From: Tepidisphaera sp.
Lineage (GTDB): Bacteria > Planctomycetota > Phycisphaerae > Phycisphaerales > UBA1924
Direction: 5' to 3'
DNA length: 64,000 bases
Assembly: GCA_050916045.1 (NCBI GenBank)
Contig: CP051526.1
Coordinates: 3,200,001 to 3,264,000, forward strand
Shown piece after piece: positions 57,551 through 64,000 of the stretch. The notes under the pieces were generated by a model. That model saw only the letters and a program-made list of their open reading frames with translations. It was not told the origin of the DNA and made no database searches. Both the position numbers and the translations under genes were made by a program. Within the stretch, counting starts at the first letter, position 1. Every line of letters begins with the position of its first letter.

Positions 57551-59071
57551 TCAGGCGTGGGCCAGCGGACGGGCCGCCCCGGCGGCGGACCCATGAGCGC
57601 CCCCGAACTCGGCCATCCGAGAAGCGTCAATGCCAAGTTTAGCCGCGATTCGCGCGCCATAGTCGGCGTCGGCCCGGAAGAAGTGGCAGAGCATCCGCAT
57701 CTGCACCTCCGGACGGGCCTGTTTGAGGCCACCCGCGATCCGCGACGTCAGCCGGTCGCGGTGGCCGTCGTCGAACATCCGGTACAGGTTGCCCGGCTGG
57801 GTGTAGTCGTCGTGATCGACGGTCGAGTCAAACCGGTCGGCGATCGTCTGGCCCAGAGCCCACGCCGGATCGGCGAACGCCGCGTCGGGCTTGGGCGCCG
57901 CGGTGATCGAGTTGGGCCAGTAGTTGGTCGCCGCGCCGTACGAGCCGTCGGTCTGCTGCCCGTCGCGGATGTAGTTCATCACCGGGCAGCGGGGCTTGTT
58001 GACCGGGATCTGGTGGTGGTTGACGCCCAGGCGGTGCAGGTGCGTGTCGGCGTAGGACATCAAGCGGGCCTGGAGCATCTTGTCCGGGCTGGGACCGATG
58101 CCCGGCACGAGCGCCGACGGCTTGAACGCCGCCTGCTCGACCTCGGCGAAGTAATTCTCCGGGTTGCGGTTGAGCTCAAGGGTGCCGATCTCGGTCAGCG
58201 GGAACTCCGCCTGCGGCCAGACCTTTGTGAGATCAAAGGGGTTCCAGCGGAACGAGTCCGCTTGGGTTTGCGTCATGACCTGGATGCAGACGCGCCACTG
58301 GGGGAACTCACCGCGGGCGATGGCATCGAAGAGGTCGCGCTGGTGGGATTCGCGGTCGCTTCCGATGAGAGCGGCGGCGTCGGCGTCGGAGAGGTTCTTG
58401 ATGCCCTGCTTGCACTTGAAGTGGAACTTGACCCACACGCGCTCGCCGGCTTTGTTGATCATCGAGTAGGTGTGGCTCCCGAACCCGTGCACGTTCCGGT
58501 AGGAAGCGGGGATGCCCCGGTCGCTCATCAGGATGGTGACCTGGTGGAGAGCTTCGGGGCAGAGGGACCAGAAGTCCCACTGCATGTCCATGTCGCGGAG
58601 GTTGGTCTGGGGGTTCCGCTTCTGCGTGTGGATGAAGTTCTGGAACTTGTAGGGATCGCGGACGAAGAAGACGGGCGTGTTGTTGCCGACCAGGTCCCAG
58701 TTGCCTTCCTGCGTGTAGAACTTGACGGCAAACCCGCGGACGTCACGCTCGGCGTCGGCGGCGCCGCGCTCGCCCGCGACGGTCGAGAACCGAAGGAAGA
58801 CCTCGGTTTTCTTGCCCACGCGGTTGAGGAAGTCCGCCCGGGTGTAATTCGTCACGTCGGTGGTGACGGTGAACGTGCCGTACGCGCCCGAGCCCTTCGC
58901 GTGCACCACGCGCTCGGGGATCCGCTCGCGGTTGAAGTGCTGCATCTGCTCGAGCAGAGCAACATCCTGCATCAGAAGCGGGCCGCGCGGGCCAGCCGTC
59001 AAAGCCTGCTGCACGCCGATCGGCGCGCCGTTGGCCGTGGTCAGTCGCGGAGAGCTGTTCGTCGTCGTCAT
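57551..59071 (-). CDS. katA: Monofunctional small-subunit heme catalase
   Basis: FNRERIPERVVHAKGSG, RFSTVAGE, VGNNTP, RLMSYADTH; AGGAG upstream of ATG 59071. Confidence 0.95.
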   Translation of the reverse strand: MTTTNSSPRLTTANGAPIGVQQALTAGPRGPLLMQDVALLEQMQHFNRERIPERVVHAKGSGAYGTFTVTTDVTNYTRADFLNRVGKKTEVFLRFSTVAGERGAADAERDVRGFAVKFYTQEGNWDLVGNNTPVFFVRDPYKFQNFIHTQKRNPQTNLRDMDMQWDFWSLCPEALHQVTILMSDRGIPASYRNVHGFGSHTYSMINKAGERVWVKFHFKCKQGIKNLSDADAAALIGSDRESHQRDLFDAIARGEFPQWRVCIQVMTQTQADSFRWNPFDLTKVWPQAEFPLTEIGTLELNRNPENYFAEVEQAAFKPSALVPGIGPSPDKMLQARLMSYADTHLHRLGVNHHQIPVNKPRCPVMNYIRDGQQTDGSYGAATNYWPNSITAAPKPDAAFADPAWALGQTIADRFDSTVDHDDYTQPGNLYRMFDDGHRDRLTSRIAGGLKQARPEVQMRMLCHFFRADADYGARIAAKLGIDASRMAEFGGAHGSAAGAARPLAHA

Positions 59072-59168
59072 GCGTGGGCTCCTGTGCATCGCCGTGGGAC
59101 CTGGTCCCGGGACGCGTAAAGATACCGGCCGAACCCCAGAGGTGTCAAAGAGTTTGTGCCAGCATCAC

Positions 59169-59187
59169 CCATAGGATAGTCCTATGG
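59169..59187. promoter_or_regulatory. OxyR-type binding site
   Basis: Palindrome CCATAGGA-TAG-TCCTATGG containing ATAG-N7-CTAT and overlapping the regulator start codon. Confidence 0.75.
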
Positions 59188-60125
59188 AGATCCACCAGCT
59201 TCGGTACATGGTCGCCGTCGCCGAGACCGGGAGCGCCACCCGGGCCGCCGCTCGATGCCGCGTCGCTCAACCCTCGCTCAGCCAGCAGATCGCCAAGCTC
59301 GAACGCTCGCTTGGCAAACGCCTCTTCGACCGCCTGGGCACGGGCATGGCGCTCACGGACGCGGGCAAAGCGTTCCTCCCCCGCGCATCCCGAATCCTCG
59401 CGGGCGTGGACGAAGCGGACGCCTGGGCGGGCCGCGGAGAGATGGCTGAAGCCCCATCGCTCGCCGTCGGCGCGATCCCCACCATCGCCCCCTACCTGTT
59501 GCCCGCCGCTCTCGCGGAGGCTCGCAAGCACCTTCCCGGATGCGAGTTCAAGATCCGCGAGGACCTCACGGACAATCTGGTCGAAGGTCTGCTCGATCTC
59601 AGCCTCGACTGCGCCCTGATGAGCACGCCGCCGGTGGATGACCGGCTTGACACCGAAACCATCGGCGATGATGAGCTTCTGGCCGTCATTCCTGCATCGT
59701 GGAAGGATGTGCCGCGCTCGGCTCGCAACGCCGTTGCTCTGGCCGAACTTCGGGACCAGCCCGCGGTGCTCCTGGACGAGGTGCACTGCCTGGGACACCA
59801 AGTGGAAGCGTTCTGCTCCAGCCGCAAGCTCGGCCCTCGCGTCGTCTGTCGCACGACCCAGCTGACCACGATCCTCGAGATGGTCTCGCTAGGCTTGGGA
59901 TTCTCGCTCGTGCCGCGCATGGCGGTCAGGCCTTCGGTCAAGCGACGGATCGTCCACCTCTCGCCGGTGCGGCCCAAGCGTCCGATCGTGCTGGCGTGGC
60001 GCGTCGGTCGAACGCGGAGCGCCGCTTCTCTCGCCCTGCTCGCGGCGCTCGCTGAAGCGCTCCGATCCGTGCAGGGGCGGCCGGGTGCCGGAGCCGAACA
60101 GCGCGCCCTTCGCAAAGACCCATAA
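59184..60125 (+). CDS. oxyR: LysR family regulator, OxyR-like
   Basis: LysR HTH (VAQPSLSQQIAKLE), IPTIAPYLLP, redox pair HCLGHQVEAFC (C-x8-C); divergent from catalase. Confidence 0.8.
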   Translation: MEIHQLRYMVAVAETGSATRAAARCRVAQPSLSQQIAKLERSLGKRLFDRLGTGMALTDAGKAFLPRASRILAGVDEADAWAGRGEMAEAPSLAVGAIPTIAPYLLPAALAEARKHLPGCEFKIREDLTDNLVEGLLDLSLDCALMSTPPVDDRLDTETIGDDELLAVIPASWKDVPRSARNAVALAELRDQPAVLLDEVHCLGHQVEAFCSSRKLGPRVVCRTTQLTTILEMVSLGLGFSLVPRMAVRPSVKRRIVHLSPVRPKRPIVLAWRVGRTRSAASLALLAALAEALRSVQGRPGAGAEQRALRKDP

Positions 60126-60207
60126 CCGACCCCATGGGCCAACAAATGTCCCCTGCGCGGCGGAGCTTTCCGGTACGATGCTCCTTCACCGAGGGTGAGG
60201 AGCTTTC

Positions 60208-62850
60208 ATGAGAGAATCAAGCCGTCGTTCCGTGTCGGTTCTGTCCGTGGTGAAAGCTGCGGGGTTCGCGGCGCCATTCGCGATCGGCGCTTTCGCGGTC
60301 GCGTCCGAGCCGTGCTCGTCGACGTGGGTGCGCGGGCAGGGCGCTGTGGGCCGATCCGATTCCGTCCTGGCGCAGACGCTTTGGGACCCCGACGGCGACG
60401 GTCCGCGCGGCCCGGTGGTCCTGGTGGCGGGCGGGCCGGGAACCGCCCGAGGTGCCATCGTCGGCAACATTGAAGCAGGCAGCATTTCAAGCTGGGACCC
60501 AGCGACGGGCGTCTGGGAGAAGGTCGCCGATCCGGTCGACGGCGTGATCCGCGCTCTCGCCGTGCTTCCCGACGGGAGCATCGTCGCCGGCGGCAACTTC
60601 CTGACCGCCGGGAATGTGCAAGCTCAGAACATCGCCCGGTGGGACGGCACGCGTTGGAACGCGTGGGGGCTGGGCGTCTACGGGACCGTTCGTGTGATCG
60701 TGCCCAGACCCGACGGAAGCGTGGTGGTCGGCGGAGAGTTCAACCGGGCCGGAAGCACGACGCTCAGCAACATCGCTCGCTGGAACGGACAAATCTGGTC
60801 CCGGGTCGGGGACGGGGGCGTCGCCGGGCCGGTCAACGCCATCACCGAGCTGCAAGATGGTTCGCTTGTGGTGGCCGGGCGTTTCCAGCGAGCCGATCGC
60901 GTCGCCAACACCGCGAACATCGCGCGATGGACGGGCTCGGCATGGGTTTCGATCGGCGGCGGCCTCGTCCGCGAGGTCTTCGATGTGGAGCGGACTCCCT
61001 CGGGAGCGGTTCTCGCCGCTTCCAACGTCGGCGCGTCCGAGGGCGGCATCTTCAAGCTCAACGGCCAGACGTGGGAGGTTCTGTCCGGCGGGTTGGCGCA
61101 ATCGCCCCGCGCCCTGCTGGTACTGGGCGAGACGGAATTCATCGCCGCAGGCGACTTCCAGGGCGCGGCCAATGGCGCGCCGCCGTATGGGGTCGGTCGG
61201 TGGCGTGACGGCGAATGGCAGCCCGTGGGCGGCGGTGTCAGAGGAAGCCCGTTCTGCTTGACGGGTCTGCCGGGCGGCGGATTCGTGATGGGAGGAGCCT
61301 TCCGCGAGGTGGCGACGACCATCGCGGCGAACATCGGTCATTGGAACGGAGCCGAGTGGCTTCCCCTTGGCACCGGCGTCTCGGGATATGTCTCCGCAAT
61401 CGCGGTGCTTCCCGACGATCGCGTCATCGTGGGCTGTGACCTGGCGCTAGGCACCACGGGCACGCGGTTCATGGTCAAGGACGGAGAACAGTGGACCCGG
61501 CTGGGGCAGGACTTCCCCAACGGAGCCAATCCCGCGATCCGGTCCGTGCTTGTTCTGCCGACTGGAGAACTGGTCGCCAACGGCAGCTTCGCGTTCCCGG
61601 GTGACCAGTTCCTCACCGGAGTCGTCCGATTCGACGGGCAGGAGTGGGTTCGGTTTCCCCAAGCCCCGATCTTCCCGCGAGCGGACCTTGTCGCCGGGGA
61701 AGCCGGCGAGTTCTTCGCGTCCGGTGAGTACACGCCCCCCGGAGGCGTGCGGGGCGACCACGTCGTGCGTTGGACGGGTGATTCCTGGACGACTCTGGGC
61801 TCGGGGATGAACGCTCCGGTGTCAAGCCTTGTGCGCGGACCGTCCGGCGATCTCTACGCGGGAGGATTTTTCTCCCTCGCGGGCGGCACGCCGGTGAACG
61901 GGCTCGCCCGATGGGACGGCGCCCGCTGGCAGAGCCTTCAGTTCTCCGAGCGCGGCACCGTGGACAGCGTCGCGATTCTGCCCGACGGCCGCGTCGCGGT
62001 TTGCTTCCCTTTCGGGCCCGATCCCGAGGGCTTTTTCAGCGAGGTTGCGCTGCTTGAGAACGGGGTCTGGCGCCGGCTTGGAGGACGCATCGCCGGTCCG
62101 CAGCAGCTCAAGTTGCACGCGAGGCCCGACGGCACGCTGCTCGCGTTCGGTCCGATCCGGCTCGCGGATGGCTCTCGCGTGCAGATAATCCGCTGGACCG
62201 GATCGGAGTGGGTCCCGATCTCGGATGGGATCGATTCCGACATCGTCTGTGCGCTCTCGGCTCCGGACGGCGATCTTCTCGTCGGCGGCTACTTCGAGCG
62301 AGCGGGCGAACACGTCTCTCGCTTCTTCGCTCGCCTGCACGAACCACGCCCGCTTCGCATCGGCCGCCAAGCGGACTCGGCGCGTCTCTGCCTCAACGGC
62401 CGGACGACCTTCTCGGTCGAGGTCGCCGAGGGAAGCCCCGACACGGTGCGCTGGGAAGCTCAGCTCGCGGACGGTTCCTGGGTTCCGCTTTCGGACGGAG
62501 AGCTTCGCTCCGACCGGGGCACGCTGCTGGGACATCTGGCCGGGTCGGCCACGTTGTCTCTGACGATCGAACTGAATCCCAACATGGCTGCTTCGAGCTC
62601 GTATCGCGCGTTCCGCTGCCGCGTGGAGAACGACTGTGGAGCGGTCTCCTCCGAGCCGGCTTCCCTCGCGATCTGCGCTGCCGACTTCAACTGCGACGGG
62701 TTCATCGATTTCTTCGACTACGACGGGTTCGTCGCGTGCTTTGGAAGCGGCGAATGCGGCCCGGACCAGTCGGCCGACGTCAACGTCGACGGATTCGAGG
62801 ACTTCTTTGACTACCTCGACTTCGTGACCGCCTTCGAGTCCGGTTGCTGA
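60208..62850 (+). CDS. Large secreted beta-propeller repeat protein with Ig-like domain and dockerin-like (GC-type) tail
   Basis: Repeats V.AL..LPDG.IVAGG.F...NIARWDG..W; Ig-like FRCRVENDCG; tail CAADFNCDGFIDFFDYD...FESGC. Confidence 0.85.
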   Translation: MRESSRRSVSVLSVVKAAGFAAPFAIGAFAVASEPCSSTWVRGQGAVGRSDSVLAQTLWDPDGDGPRGPVVLVAGGPGTARGAIVGNIEAGSISSWDPATGVWEKVADPVDGVIRALAVLPDGSIVAGGNFLTAGNVQAQNIARWDGTRWNAWGLGVYGTVRVIVPRPDGSVVVGGEFNRAGSTTLSNIARWNGQIWSRVGDGGVAGPVNAITELQDGSLVVAGRFQRADRVANTANIARWTGSAWVSIGGGLVREVFDVERTPSGAVLAASNVGASEGGIFKLNGQTWEVLSGGLAQSPRALLVLGETEFIAAGDFQGAANGAPPYGVGRWRDGEWQPVGGGVRGSPFCLTGLPGGGFVMGGAFREVATTIAANIGHWNGAEWLPLGTGVSGYVSAIAVLPDDRVIVGCDLALGTTGTRFMVKDGEQWTRLGQDFPNGANPAIRSVLVLPTGELVANGSFAFPGDQFLTGVVRFDGQEWVRFPQAPIFPRADLVAGEAGEFFASGEYTPPGGVRGDHVVRWTGDSWTTLGSGMNAPVSSLVRGPSGDLYAGGFFSLAGGTPVNGLARWDGARWQSLQFSERGTVDSVAILPDGRVAVCFPFGPDPEGFFSEVALLENGVWRRLGGRIAGPQQLKLHARPDGTLLAFGPIRLADGSRVQIIRWTGSEWVPISDGIDSDIVCALSAPDGDLLVGGYFERAGEHVSRFFARLHEPRPLRIGRQADSARLCLNGRTTFSVEVAEGSPDTVRWEAQLADGSWVPLSDGELRSDRGTLLGHLAGSATLSLTIELNPNMAASSSYRAFRCRVENDCGAVSSEPASLAICAADFNCDGFIDFFDYDGFVACFGSGECGPDQSADVNVDGFEDFFDYLDFVTAFESGC

Positions 62851-62914
62851 AGAGCGAGCGAGAGTGCGGACGAGGTCACGAACGCGGAAAAAGTCAGAAA
62901 CGTTCGCACGCTGT

Positions 62915-63658
62915 TCATCCCAAAGCGGAGACACCGCCGCCGCTCGGGCCGCCGCTCGCCGGTGACGGCGTTCCGCACTCCGGGCACGGCCCGGGAGGCG
63001 CACCCCGCCGGTCATACCCGCACGCTAAGCACTGCCCCGCGCTCCGCCGCTTGCGGTATCGCCACGCGTGCACCGCCGGAGCCGCTCCCCAAAGCAGCGT
63101 CCAGATCGCAAGGTTCCCCGCCAGGCCTGCCGGGTTCACACCCCACGGCACAAGCCACAGGTACGGGAACGTGTTGGACTCCAGCCGAATACCCCCGACC
63201 AGCCGTTCATAACCCGGGGTGTCGCCGAACGTCAGGCACACGCTCGACTCCACCGCCGACAACGGAAAGCCGGCCCGGTGCCGATGGAACTCAAGCCCGG
63301 TCCGCCCCATCGTGCTCTCCCCCAAAGGCCCCAGAAGCTCCACATCCGCCTCGGTGACCCGCTCGGCAAGCGCGACGTCCCACCGGGCGGTCGAAACGGT
63401 CGCCATCGCGTACACCGACCGATACGGAGTCGCCGCGACGCGTTCATACCCAAGCCACGCGAACCGGCCGGAGCTGATCGCCGTGTCAAAGTCGCGCCCC
63501 GCGTGCGAAAACACCCGCCGGACGGGCACGCCCATCCACTCCGGCTTGCTCCACGCCACCACAAGCGGCCCGTACGTCAACACGACGGTGCACACCACGC
63601 CCGCCATCAGCGCGAGCGTCCACCGCCGCCGCGAACTTTGAGGACGCGCCATCACCAT
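62915..63658 (-). CDS. Membrane protein with C-terminal zinc ribbon
   Basis: N- and C-terminal TM helices then RKRRSAGQCLACGYD...CPECG. Confidence 0.75.
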   Translation of the reverse strand: MVMARPQSSRRRWTLALMAGVVCTVVLTYGPLVVAWSKPEWMGVPVRRVFSHAGRDFDTAISSGRFAWLGYERVAATPYRSVYAMATVSTARWDVALAERVTEADVELLGPLGESTMGRTGLEFHRHRAGFPLSAVESSVCLTFGDTPGYERLVGGIRLESNTFPYLWLVPWGVNPAGLAGNLAIWTLLWGAAPAVHAWRYRKRRSAGQCLACGYDRRGAPPGPCPECGTPSPASGGPSGGGVSALG

Positions 63659-63747
63659 GCCGCAAGCCTACCGACTGGCCCCGCCTGATGTTGCCTCGCC
63701 GTCGGGAACGCCGCCGCGATATCCGCCTTCTCAGGAGACGGCTCGCT

Positions 63748-64000
63748 CTAGTACTCGCGGTCGACCAGGATGCCCGGCTGAGGCACCGGGTACCGGCCCT
63801 GAGCGTCCGACGGGAGCGGCGAGGGCGAATCAAGCGTCAGTTGGTCGACGTTCGGCGCGAACTCGTGCTTGCACTCAAGCATGGCTTTGTACGAGACTTC
63901 ACGGCCGGTGTGGGCGGCCATGCGGCCCATGCAGCACACGAGCGTGGCTTCGATGCCGTACTTCGCCTCGTTGTAGGGCTTCCCGTCGCGGATGGCGGCG
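63748..64000 (-). CDS. C-terminal part of a Gfo/Idh/MocA oxidoreductase (start lies outside the window)
   Basis: AAIRDGKPYNE...CCMGRMAAHTGREV resembles the C-terminus of the 1974..3296 protein (ASIRAGKPIND...MARMSAYSGKTV). Confidence 0.8.
   Translation of the reverse strand, partial: AAIRDGKPYNEAKYGIEATLVCCMGRMAAHTGREVSYKAMLECKHEFAPNVDQLTLDSPSPLPSDAQGRYPVPQPGILVDREY

Overview
GC-rich bacterial chromosome segment. The gene repertoire points to Planctomycetota, class Phycisphaerae (inference): secreted proteins ending in a double-dockerin-like '...FFDY..FV.AFE.GC' tail, many TM+CxxC zinc-ribbon proteins, and Tat-exported Gfo/Idh/MocA enzymes. Most of the window is housekeeping or envelope genes: rpsT, tRNA-Arg(ACG), apt, murJ, an orphan nuoA, two citrate-synthase-family genes, fumC, miaB, a TetR-regulated DevC-type ABC/adaptor/TolC exporter, an OprB porin, c-di-GMP enzymes and a dps-ybaN-katA-oxyR cluster. 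One accessory island (about 46.6-54.9 kb) carries a type I restriction-modification system. A HicB-like/HicA-like gene pair sits between hsdS and hsdR, and HsdR has a triple Cys4 insertion. Directly downstream are two diverged tandem copies of a ~120-nt structured element whose substitutions preserve pairing best on the minus strand, then 21-bp hairpin repeats. A separate candidate sRNA (about 39608-39676) has its own near-consensus sigma70 promoter and terminator. All calls are from manual motif reading; no database searches were run.
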